Origin: an uncultured virus (IMG/VR IMGVR_UViG_3300028602_000003)
Lineage: Duplodnaviria > Heunggongvirae > Uroviricota > Caudoviricetes > Schitoviridae
DNA length: 64,000 nucleotides
IMG/VR virus record: IMGVR_UViG_3300028602_000003
Reading direction: 5' to 3' (one strand)
The translations under genes and the position numbers were made by a program. Numbering within the stretch: the stretch's first letter is position 1; each line of letters starts with the position of its first letter. Below the pieces are notes generated by a model. It did no database searches. It saw nothing but the letters and a program-made list of their open reading frames with translations, and was not told the origin of the DNA. Positions 10,567-20,200 of this stretch are shown here, one piece after another.

Positions 10567-11205
10567 ATGGACAACACTGAGAACAATCAAACTGACGTAC
10601 AAGACGATCTGGCAGACGCTCTCCAGATGCCAAGCGAGATTGATGTACTGAAGGATCGTGCTCGTATGATGGGTGTGCCTTTCTCCAACAACATTGGTGT
10701 TGAGGCTCTTCGTCAACGTATTGCCGATAAGCTTGCAAACACTGCAACTGAAAAAGAAAGTGGTCTTGGTGAGGTAGCTCAGGCTAACGCTCTCACTGGT
10801 GAAGAGCCTACTGTGCAAGAGAAGAAACTGACTATTCGTCAGTACATGGTTAAAGAACAAACCAAGTTGGTACGTCTTCGTATCACCAACCTGGACCCAA
10901 AGAAAGCAAGTCTGCCGGGTGAGATCTTCACCGTGGCTAATGAATATCTGGGTACGATCCGTAAGTTCGTTCCCTTTGGTGAAGTAACGGATGGTGGTTA
11001 TCACGTCCCATACTGCATCTACAAAATGATGGATGCTCGTAAGTTCCTCCATATTCGTACTTACAAGGATCGTAAGAACAACAACCAAATCAAGGTTGAG
11101 ACTTCGTGGGCTAAGGAGTTTGCCTTGGAAGTACTGCCCCCACTGACCAAAGCAGAACTGGCTACTCTGGCGGCAACTCAAGCAGCGGCTGGTGGTTTAG
11201 CTTAA
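10567..11205 (+). CDS. N4 gp55-like protein
   Basis: LVRLRITNLDPKK.LPGEIFTVAN motif; synteny. Confidence 0.75.
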   Translation: MDNTENNQTDVQDDLADALQMPSEIDVLKDRARMMGVPFSNNIGVEALRQRIADKLANTATEKESGLGEVAQANALTGEEPTVQEKKLTIRQYMVKEQTKLVRLRITNLDPKKASLPGEIFTVANEYLGTIRKFVPFGEVTDGGYHVPYCIYKMMDARKFLHIRTYKDRKNNNQIKVETSWAKEFALEVLPPLTKAELATLAATQAAAGGLA

Positions 11206-11222
11206 ACTCCGCTGTAACAGCT

Positions 11223-11260
11223 AACGGCCCATCGTCTTAGTGACTGATTGGGCCGTTTTA
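11223..11260 (+). terminator. Intrinsic terminator-like hairpin
   Basis: AACGGCCC...GGGCCGTTTT. Confidence 0.5.
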
Positions 11261-11284
11261 CTTTGAGCCAAGAGGATAAACAAC

Positions 11285-12142
11285 ATGAGCTGCGGCGCAG
11301 ATACAGTAGCCAATGATTTAATGGACTCCCTCACAGAAGGTGAGGATTTTGAGATCCCTGATATAGACCTATCTGGCCCCGAGTTTGAGATCCCCGGTGG
11401 TGCTGATGGTCCAATGTATGACCCTATTCCTGCACTCACTGAGGCTCAGCTGACTACTCGTGTAGTTGGTGGTGAGGGCATGTTTGATGGCCTGATGGCC
11501 AGCTACTCTGCCCATATCAAAGACCAGTACAGCAAGGGTTTGATTACTGGTGCTGAGTACACCAAGGCATATATCGCTCTAGCTACCAGTGCTTTGTCTG
11601 GGGCTGTGTCTTACCTGTTGGGTAAAGATCAAGCTTACTGGCAGGCTCAGATTGCTCAGATTGGTGCTGTTACTGCACGAGTGAACTTGGAGACAGCCAA
11701 GGTACAACTCGCCACAGCACAGCTTGAAGCTTTGAACCAAAAGGCTCAGTTCTCTCTCACCAAGATGAAACTGGCTACTGAAGACATGACCTACTGCACC
11801 GGTAAGTTTAACCTTGAGCAGATCATGCCTCAGCAGTTGCTGAACCTTCAGGAACAGAACTCTCTGATCCAAGAGCAGAAAGAATCTCAGCGTGCTCAGA
11901 CACTCGATATCCGTAGTGATGGTGCTGCTGTTACTGGTGTACTTGGTAAGCAGAAACTTCTGTATGCCCAGCAGACTACCTCTTACATTCGCGATGCTGA
12001 GGTAAAAGCAGCCAAGATCTTTAGTGATGCCTGGATCACCCAGAAAACGATGGATGAGGGTCTGGTTGCACCACCTGCATTTACTAACGCAAGTGTTGAT
12101 GTAGTTATGGAAAACATCAAAACAAACAACAACTTGGATTAA
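11285..12142 (+). CDS. N4 gp54-like virion structural protein
   Basis: G.FD.LM and ITGAEYTKAY motifs, WITQKTMDEG C-terminal motif. Confidence 0.75.
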   Translation: MSCGADTVANDLMDSLTEGEDFEIPDIDLSGPEFEIPGGADGPMYDPIPALTEAQLTTRVVGGEGMFDGLMASYSAHIKDQYSKGLITGAEYTKAYIALATSALSGAVSYLLGKDQAYWQAQIAQIGAVTARVNLETAKVQLATAQLEALNQKAQFSLTKMKLATEDMTYCTGKFNLEQIMPQQLLNLQEQNSLIQEQKESQRAQTLDIRSDGAAVTGVLGKQKLLYAQQTTSYIRDAEVKAAKIFSDAWITQKTMDEGLVAPPAFTNASVDVVMENIKTNNNLD

Positions 12143-12146
12143 AAAC

Positions 12147-14828
12147 ATGGGTCTGTTTAGTAGTAAGAAAAAGATCATTGTGTCTTCTGTGGTTTATAAC
12201 CTAGCAGGGGACATCAATGATCGTATTCGGTATTTACCTACCACCATCTCTACAAGCATTTTGTCTAATACTCGTAGCGACCTGGGCGAGACTATTTACC
12301 GATCTCTGCTAAATGGACCCGGTATTAAGATGCGTAGCTTTGCCCGATGGGCAAGGGTATACGGCTACAGTGCGGATATTGGATTGCAGTCAGGTACGTT
12401 GATATTCAACAACAGTTTGGATGTGAACCAACTGGCTGACCTTATCCCCCATGATCCTGGCGAGACTGTAAATATCTCTCTGGCTGAGATTGGACCAGCT
12501 GACTATGGCTACTGGTCGGATCAGTGGATGTTGGCTAATCACCCTGATCAGGCAGACGATCTTTATGAGATTGATTTCAATGAAGAAACCAACACGGTAT
12601 ATCTGACGTTTCCTGATACTACGGTTTACTCGTTTGTGCCTTTGGGCTTCGATATAAACTCGTTGTACATGTACGTTTCGTACTCCAAGTCTAAATCGAA
12701 CATCCCCGGTGCCATTGAGACAGGGGCTGAGATCATCGTTGGTTCCCCTGCTGAATACCCGGATACCACTGATTGGGTTGACGAGGGGCTTGTTTCTACC
12801 CCTGGTTCAATGGATTTAGTGGATAGCGTTAGAACTGTTATCAGTTATTCAGATGGTCGCCCTGATGAAGTCAGCGAGGTGAATACACCAAGCACAGGGT
12901 CGTTCTACTCAAATGACCAGACTTACAGTTACAAGACCTACCACGGTTTCCTTTTAAGTTTGCTGACTGATCTCACTTCTACAGTGGAGTATCAGCACAA
13001 CTTGTCTACAGGGATTCTGGTAGAGGATATTGATGTCACCTCTTCTGACGAGGTAATTGCTGGTGGGGTAATTAAAACAACCACCATCACTACTATTGAT
13101 CAGTCTGTTGGTACTCAGTATTCGTACCGTATAGACACCCAAGAGATTGTTGAAAAGTCTTTTGGGCCTGCTGAAATACTTATTTATGAGCAGAACTCAG
13201 GTAACCCTGACTACGATGCCATGTTCAACACTGGCTCAACTGCTGGGGTATTTTTCCCTTTCATACCTGTTCGTATACGTAACAAGTTCATCTCTGACAC
13301 ATACCTGCCAGACATCTACGCCAAAAATAAAAAAGCATACAAGAAAGCTGTAGGTAAAAAATATGATGCATTGGTGGATAGCATCAAGGAGAACGACTCC
13401 ATAGGTGATGTGGATATGGCGTATATAAACTACGCCGTATCCCTTAATACCAAAGAGAAGGCCAGTCGTAAGTACATTTATAAGTTTTTTCAGGCTGTAA
13501 TCCAGCAAGGTGGTGGAGGTACTTCTGACTATGATAACTGGGATATTCAATGGGGTATCGCTAACGTATCTGTTCAGAATTGGAACAGTTGGTTCCAGGC
13601 TCAGAGCAACCCATCTGATCCTTTGTTTGGGGCAGAGGAACCAATAAAACTACCTTACCCGGATGTGCCGATTAAGCGTCTCCGTGTTAATAGTCCTTCT
13701 ATGGGCTTTGACATGATCATCTCCTGGTCGTCTATGGAGGAATCTGTGTTCAGCGGTGTAGGACAACCTGGGGCTAAACAAGGTGACCTCTGGTGGACCC
13801 AAGGTGTTACACAGGTATACACAGAAGACTACATTCAAACAGGTAATGAGCGTGGTATGTATCAACGTGTCATTGAAATTGAGTACTGCACACTTCATTG
13901 GCAAGACACGAACAGCACCTACCGCACTGTTAGCATGTGGGGGCTCAATCACAACAATGTTGTGTACAAAGGCAAGGGTGTATCTACCAGCGCTAAAAAA
14001 GCACTTAACGATGACGAAGAGTCGGGTTTTCTAATCCCATTGCAAGAAAATTTGCTCAAAAGCATGTCTCTTGCTGACTCTACCCAGATGTCAACTGCCT
14101 GTACTTACGTCGTATTTAATTGCTATGACGTAGTGAAAGAGAAGTGGTATCAGTCCTCTTGGTTCAAGGTGGTACTGATCATTGTTGTTATTGTGATAAC
14201 TGTCCTAACTTCTGGTGCTGGTGCGGGGGGTGGTGCGGGTCTACTAGGTACAGCAGCTTCTGTAGGTGCTGCCCTTGGTTTTGCGGGTACGGTAGCAATC
14301 ATCGTAGGTACGATTGCTAATGCCATTGCAGCAATGCTCCTATCCCAGATCCTTACAGCAGGTGCCAATGCTCTCTTTGGTGAAAAAGTAGGTGCCATTG
14401 TTGGTGCCATTGCTTCTGTAGTAGCTGTGGCTTATGGCACTGGTTATGCCAGTACTGGTGATATGAGTGCCAGCTTTAGCAGTCTTGCTACAGCAGACAA
14501 CTTTATGAAGCTGACCGTTGCAGCAGGCAAGGGCTATGCTGGTTACATGCAGGGTGAAACAAACGAGATCATGGCTGAGATGAATAAGTTTCTTGAGACT
14601 TATCAGGCTCAGTCGAAAGCACTCGCTAAGGCATACCAGGATAACCTTGGTTCAACAGGGATTTTCTTTGACCCTACTGTGTTGACTGAATCGGCTAGTT
14701 TCATAGCAGAACCAGCGGATACATTCTTGTCTCGTACTTTGATGACAGGCACTGACATTGCAGAACTCACTAGCGGCATGTTGACAAACTTTGCGACAAT
14801 GGCTACGACAACAGATCTATTGATATAG
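12147..14828 (+). CDS. N4 gp53-like virion protein with C-terminal hydrophobic region
   Basis: MGLFSSKKKI.VSSVVYNLAG start; 893 aa; long Gly/Ala hydrophobic stretch after KWYQ. Confidence 0.75.
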   Translation: MGLFSSKKKIIVSSVVYNLAGDINDRIRYLPTTISTSILSNTRSDLGETIYRSLLNGPGIKMRSFARWARVYGYSADIGLQSGTLIFNNSLDVNQLADLIPHDPGETVNISLAEIGPADYGYWSDQWMLANHPDQADDLYEIDFNEETNTVYLTFPDTTVYSFVPLGFDINSLYMYVSYSKSKSNIPGAIETGAEIIVGSPAEYPDTTDWVDEGLVSTPGSMDLVDSVRTVISYSDGRPDEVSEVNTPSTGSFYSNDQTYSYKTYHGFLLSLLTDLTSTVEYQHNLSTGILVEDIDVTSSDEVIAGGVIKTTTITTIDQSVGTQYSYRIDTQEIVEKSFGPAEILIYEQNSGNPDYDAMFNTGSTAGVFFPFIPVRIRNKFISDTYLPDIYAKNKKAYKKAVGKKYDALVDSIKENDSIGDVDMAYINYAVSLNTKEKASRKYIYKFFQAVIQQGGGGTSDYDNWDIQWGIANVSVQNWNSWFQAQSNPSDPLFGAEEPIKLPYPDVPIKRLRVNSPSMGFDMIISWSSMEESVFSGVGQPGAKQGDLWWTQGVTQVYTEDYIQTGNERGMYQRVIEIEYCTLHWQDTNSTYRTVSMWGLNHNNVVYKGKGVSTSAKKALNDDEESGFLIPLQENLLKSMSLADSTQMSTACTYVVFNCYDVVKEKWYQSSWFKVVLIIVVIVITVLTSGAGAGGGAGLLGTAASVGAALGFAGTVAIIVGTIANAIAAMLLSQILTAGANALFGEKVGAIVGAIASVVAVAYGTGYASTGDMSASFSSLATADNFMKLTVAAGKGYAGYMQGETNEIMAEMNKFLETYQAQSKALAKAYQDNLGSTGIFFDPTVLTESASFIAEPADTFLSRTLMTGTDIAELTSGMLTNFATMATTTDLLI

Positions 14829-14839
14829 AGGGCATAGTT

Positions 14840-15235
14840 ATGGATTTCCTAGAAAGTCTGCGGGGTATGCTAGGCAGTAGTGGTAGTGGTATTGACCAGG
14901 GAAATGGTGTCACCACATACCCACAACAGCAGAGCCAACCCCTTACATTTGGCCAGGCTCCAGCTGCTGGGGGTGGTGATATTGGTTTTAACTTGGGCAC
15001 TGGTCAGGCTGCGCTACAGGGTCTTGGGGCCTTGTCTAGTCTCTGGTCTGGTAACCAAGCGGCAAAGCTGGCTAAGGATCAGTTCAAGTTCACCAAGAAC
15101 TTTGCGAACAAGAACTTGGCTAACCAAACCAAGTCCTACAATACTGCTCTGTCTGATCGACTCACGGCACGTGGCGTAACTCAGGGTGATTCTGCTGAAA
15201 CTACCCGTGAGCAGATTGAGAAGAATCGTCTTTAA
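14840..15235 (+). CDS. N4 gp52-like small ejection/virion protein
   Basis: AKDQFKF...NLANQTKSYNTAL.DR motif; synteny. Confidence 0.7.
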   Translation: MDFLESLRGMLGSSGSGIDQGNGVTTYPQQQSQPLTFGQAPAAGGGDIGFNLGTGQAALQGLGALSSLWSGNQAAKLAKDQFKFTKNFANKNLANQTKSYNTALSDRLTARGVTQGDSAETTREQIEKNRL

Positions 15236-15249
15236 GCGAGGTTACATAA

Positions 15250-17181
15250 ATGGCCGTCCTAACATGGCGTAACGTAGATACCCCGGATTTCCGGGGTTCT
15301 ATGCAGGGTTACCAGATTGCTGGTGATCAATTTAATAGAGCGTTTGAGTCTGCTGGGGCTGGCCTTCAACAACTACGTGACGACCGTACTGCTGCTGCTG
15401 ATAACAGTGCTCTTGCTAATGCTCTGCGTGTAAACGATGAGCAGGCATTGCAGCAGCAGTTGCAAGGTGCTGACTTGAGTGGTGTGTCTAGTACTGCTTT
15501 GGCATCCTTGGGTAAGCGTCAACAAGACCTGTTGTCGAATGCAGTTACTCGCCAGAACCTCAGTGATACGCAGTATGACTCCCAGCGTACTCAGGCTAAC
15601 AATGCTGCATTGGATGCAGCTCGTCCTTTGATGAGCCAACTGCTTGCAGTTCGTAACGATCCACGGCAAGTGGATGCTTTGCTTGCTCAGAACAAAGGTG
15701 TGTTTGATCAGCTCTCCCCTGACCAACAAGCAGGTTTCCTCTCTGCTATCAGTGGGCAGGATGCCAAAGATATCAGCAATACATCTGCCCGTTTCAATAG
15801 CAACGTAGCTCAGCGTAATGATGCTGTTGGTCAACAGGCTATTGCAGCCGTAAACGAGATCTCTCGTAATTCCCTTACTGGTCTCGATGCACTTGCTGGC
15901 TTGGAACGACTGAACCTACCGCCAGAGGTGTATCAACGAGCACAGGCTGCATTGAATAGTCAGTTTGGTTCGCCTACTGCCCCAGCAGCTGCACCCACTA
16001 CCGGTACTGCCCCTGTTGGCACATTCGATCAAGCAGTTAGCACCCTTGGTTCAGGCGGTGCTCCTGGTACTGCTCAAGGTAATCCTTACGACCGTACCTT
16101 TAACAACAACGCTACCAGTGCCCCAATTACCAGTCAGAACCTGTCTGAAGTAATTAACTACCAGAAGACTGATCTGTTCCCTAAAGCAGGTGGTACTCCT
16201 GTTGGTGCGTACCAGTTCACTAAAGACACCCTTGAGGACTACGGTCCTCGTGTGTTGGGTGAGAATTGGGCATCCCAGAAGTTCACCCCAGAGAACCAAG
16301 AGAAGCTAGCTCAGGCTATCTATGAAGACCGTAAGGGCCGCAACCTTACGGATACTTGGGCATCACTGCCTGATCGCGGTGTGGGTGGTTATAAGGATGT
16401 GCCTTGGTCTGAGGCTCGTAAGCAGATTGCTGCTGGTGAAGTCTCTGCTGGTAATCTTCCAAGTCCTGAAGAAGTACGTGCTCAGCAGGTATCCAGTCGT
16501 GCTCTGCAAGATCAAGGTAATGCCAAGATCAATGAACTTACTGCTACTGGTTCAGCAGTGGATTACTTCAAAGGATTGGGGGATACAGCTACTCCTGCTC
16601 AAGCAGCTAAGGCACTGATCGAGAGTGACTTTACTGGTGCTGATCAGGGTAAGGTTGTTGATCAACTTAACCGTATTGTTCGTGAGAGCAACGGGGTAAT
16701 TAACTACTCCCAAGCTGCGAATATCATGGCCCGTAACCCACAACAGGTAAGTGCAGTTGCTGGGCTTGCGGCAGATGACATCAGTGGCAATCTGGTATCC
16801 GGCCTGTTCAGTGGCGGTCTTGGTATTAACCAAGAGGGTGTATCTGCTGATATTGCTGCTGCTCGTAGTGGGCAGTTGCCAGTTGAAGCTAGTGTGGTAC
16901 GTGAGAACCAAGAACGTGTTGCAATGGTTGGTCAGGCACAGCAAGCAGTACAACAAGCTGAGGACCAACTACGGAACACTATTCGTTTGGCTCAAGCTAA
17001 CCCTAACCTGCAACAGTTCATTCCTCGTGCTCAGGCTGCATTACAATTGGCCCGTGCTCAGTTGGAAGGTGCTCGCCAAAAGGTACAAGAGATCCCAGAA
17101 GTGAACTACTTACCACAGCAAGCAACAGTGGCCCCAGGTACTCGATCTCTGTACCCAGAAGGCTTCATCAATCAACGATAA
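15250..17181 (+). CDS. gp51-like ejection protein with internal lysozyme/transglycosylase-like domain
   Basis: LTWRNV start; GAYQF...FTPENQEKLA...WASLP resembles lambda R-type lytic enzymes; lies before vRNAP. Confidence 0.7.
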   Translation: MAVLTWRNVDTPDFRGSMQGYQIAGDQFNRAFESAGAGLQQLRDDRTAAADNSALANALRVNDEQALQQQLQGADLSGVSSTALASLGKRQQDLLSNAVTRQNLSDTQYDSQRTQANNAALDAARPLMSQLLAVRNDPRQVDALLAQNKGVFDQLSPDQQAGFLSAISGQDAKDISNTSARFNSNVAQRNDAVGQQAIAAVNEISRNSLTGLDALAGLERLNLPPEVYQRAQAALNSQFGSPTAPAAAPTTGTAPVGTFDQAVSTLGSGGAPGTAQGNPYDRTFNNNATSAPITSQNLSEVINYQKTDLFPKAGGTPVGAYQFTKDTLEDYGPRVLGENWASQKFTPENQEKLAQAIYEDRKGRNLTDTWASLPDRGVGGYKDVPWSEARKQIAAGEVSAGNLPSPEEVRAQQVSSRALQDQGNAKINELTATGSAVDYFKGLGDTATPAQAAKALIESDFTGADQGKVVDQLNRIVRESNGVINYSQAANIMARNPQQVSAVAGLAADDISGNLVSGLFSGGLGINQEGVSADIAAARSGQLPVEASVVRENQERVAMVGQAQQAVQQAEDQLRNTIRLAQANPNLQQFIPRAQAALQLARAQLEGARQKVQEIPEVNYLPQQATVAPGTRSLYPEGFINQR

Positions 17182-17194
17182 GTAACCCAAGACA

Positions 17195-17232
17195 CAACAA
17201 GCCTCCCGTAAAAAAGGAGGCTTTGTTGTTTA
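17195..17232 (+). terminator. Intrinsic terminator
   Basis: ACAACAAGCCTCC...GGAGGCTTTGTTGT long stem followed by T tract. Confidence 0.65.
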
Positions 17233-17295
17233 TAAGGGATTAGACTTAACGTATTATCTCTTCCCTCAAACATATACTGAATACAGGGCTTAGAC

Positions 17296-20200
17296 ATGGC
17301 CGATGTGAACGACCTACTCGCTCAAGCAGTTACCCCACCTACTCCTGCTATTACCCCAGAATCCTTTAACCTGACTGATCAAAAGAAGGCTTCTGTGGCT
17401 GTAAACTCTACTGCCAAAAAAGCAGCTATGGGTGGTAGCGAGTTGAACCCATATCAGCTAGCAGTAAGCCAGCAGACAGGTAAAGGAGCTGAGAACCTTA
17501 ATGAGCTGGATACTGATCTTCGCTCACTTAGTTCCTTTGGCCTGATTGAGAAGTATGGGGCTGATGAAGCAGCCCGCCTCATGGCACAAAAGGCTGAAGG
17601 TAGTCGGGCACTCCGTGCTGATCAGGCCGTTCCTGCCCGTGATCCAATCAACTTTGCCGCTGACACATTGGGTGCTGGTGTAGTTGGTTTTGGTACTACA
17701 TTGGCTGGTCTTGGTTCACTGGGTCTTGGCCTTGTTAATGACACTGCTGGTGCTGAATCTGCTCAGGCTATCAGCAACTTCACTGACTTCTTTGACACTA
17801 CCCAGTCTGAGAAACTTCAAGCTGCTAAACGCCCTCTGGAAGCTAAGAACTTCCTCACTGAGCGGGATAACCGTATCCGTCAAGAAGAGGCCATTGCTGA
17901 GGGTACATCCCCTATCATTGCTGGCCTTGAGAACATTGGCCGTAACGTCATTGGTTCTGTTGATAACGCTACCGATGATTTCACTACCTTGAGTGATGGG
18001 GTAGCTAACGCACTTGGTTCCCTGTTTGCTATTCCTGCTCTCTCTCGTGGTGCCGGTGCTGTCAGTGAATTGGCTGTTCCACTCTCTACCCGCAAGGGCG
18101 TTGCTGTAGCAGCTGAGATGGAAGCAGCCCTTGGTTCAAAAGGTGCTGCTACTGTTTTGAACCAATTGGGTAAGCTGACTCCTGGTCGTGTGGCTGCTTC
18201 TATCGGTGCAGTTGAGGCAGGCGGTTCTTACCAGCAGATCGTTTCTGATATTGCTGGCCGTAGTCATGAAACTCTCATGGCCGAGTCTCCTATGTATCAA
18301 GAGCTTATTGCTCAAGGTATGCCACAAGAAGAAGCACGTAATGCCGTAGCTAACCGTACTGGTTTGCTTGCTGCTGCAATTACAGCCCCTGCTGCTGTAG
18401 CTACAGGTGGTCTGGTATCTCGCTTTGAGGGTGCCCCACTTGCTGCGCGTAGTGCTCAACAAGCACTGCGTAACTCTGGTCGTGAGACTGTTGAAGAGGG
18501 TCTTCAGGGCGGTATCTCTCAGCTGTCTCAGAACCTGTCTGAACAACAGTTTGCCAATGAGAACCAAGACTTTGCTGAAGGTGTTGGTCGTCAGATTGGT
18601 GAGGGTGCCCTTTATGGTTTGGGCATGTCTGCTGCTCTTAATGGTCCTGGTTTGGCAGGTGATGCAGCTACTGCTACTGCTCAGTTTGCTGGCCGTAAAG
18701 CAATGGAAGCTGTACGTAAACGTGTTGATAGCATCAACGCAAGCAACGAAGCAGCCTCTCCTGTAGCCACTAATACTGTTCTTCGTGCTGCTCAAGAAGC
18801 ACAGGCTAACGCTGCTATTGATGAACCTATTCTGCGTGATGCTGTGGAAGCAGCTGATGCTGACGATGCGCAGAAGGCTGACCTGAATGACTACATCACT
18901 AACCTGATGAATGCTTCTGCATTCGACCCAGGTGAGGTAGATGCTGCCCTGTCTGGTTCAGTAGCTGGTGCCACTAACCGTGCTGACGCTATTCATAAGC
19001 TGGCCAGTGTTATTGCTGGTAGTACAGATGACGCCACTACCGTTAAGGCAGGGCGTGCAGTCTATGACCTGCTGTCTTCGTATGGTGCCATCATCAACGG
19101 TGACCAAGGCCAACGTGTTAGCAATTTGGTTCCTGAGGACTCTGAGGCAGGTAAGATTCTGGGTGAGTACAACGGCTTGGTTCAGGCTATTACTCAGACT
19201 CCTGCTGTACTGGCTGCACTTGAGGCAGCACACGAGGCATTTGCCAAAAGTCAGGAAGACACTACTCCAGTGACTGAGGAGTCTTTGGCTACACCTGAAG
19301 GAATTGAGCGGGTAAACACTGCTATTGACGTGGCTCAATATGCCCCTGAAGTGGGCAATCTTGAGACTAATAAGCAGATCTTGTATCAAGCTGAACAGGG
19401 TAAGCTCCAGCTTACCCCTAAGCAAAAAGCAGCATTGGACTCTTCAGTAGCCATCCTTGAGGCAGTTAAAGCTGCTGACTTAGAATCCCAGCGCCTCGGT
19501 AATCCTGACCCAGTATCTCTCAATATTCGCTCGGTAGACGGGGAAAAAGGGAAATCTGTTTTGCAGCACACTCAGGGAATCATGTCTGCGTGGAATGCGG
19601 GTGATATGGACAGTGCAAGTGTTCGGCTCACTTCGCTCGGCCAATTCGTACAAGGTCTTAGCAATAAGGTTGCAGCCCTTAACACCCACTTTGCTTCTGG
19701 AAATCCGCAAGGTAAGGGTGTCACCTACTCTACCTTCAAAGACGGGGTTGAAGTCCCGAGTGCTCGCGGTGTCTTTGTTCAGCCGACGAACCAGAGATCG
19801 GTAGATCTTGCACATTCTATCGCCCGCGATGCCAAGATGGTTGGGGACGTGTACAACCGTTTGGTTACTGCTTTTCCCAATCTGAAAGGTAAGCATATTC
19901 CTGTTACTCCGCTTGATAGCCAACTCGATAAACCCAGTAGTGAAGTTGTTGCTGCATACAAGAAAAAACCAGCAGTGGTTACCGGGGCTGCTGATACTAC
20001 TGAGACGACAATTACTCAAACAAGTGCCCCTACCGCTACTGTAGAGCCTACTCCAGAAGCTGTGGAAGTACCGGACGAAGTGTCACAGTCTGTTGAAGAT
20101 TTAACAGATGTTTCTGATGCCGAGCTGAATGACCGCATCAATGAAATCCTCGACATCCGGCCAAGTCGTCGTACCCCTGAACAGGCGGCTACGTTAGTCA

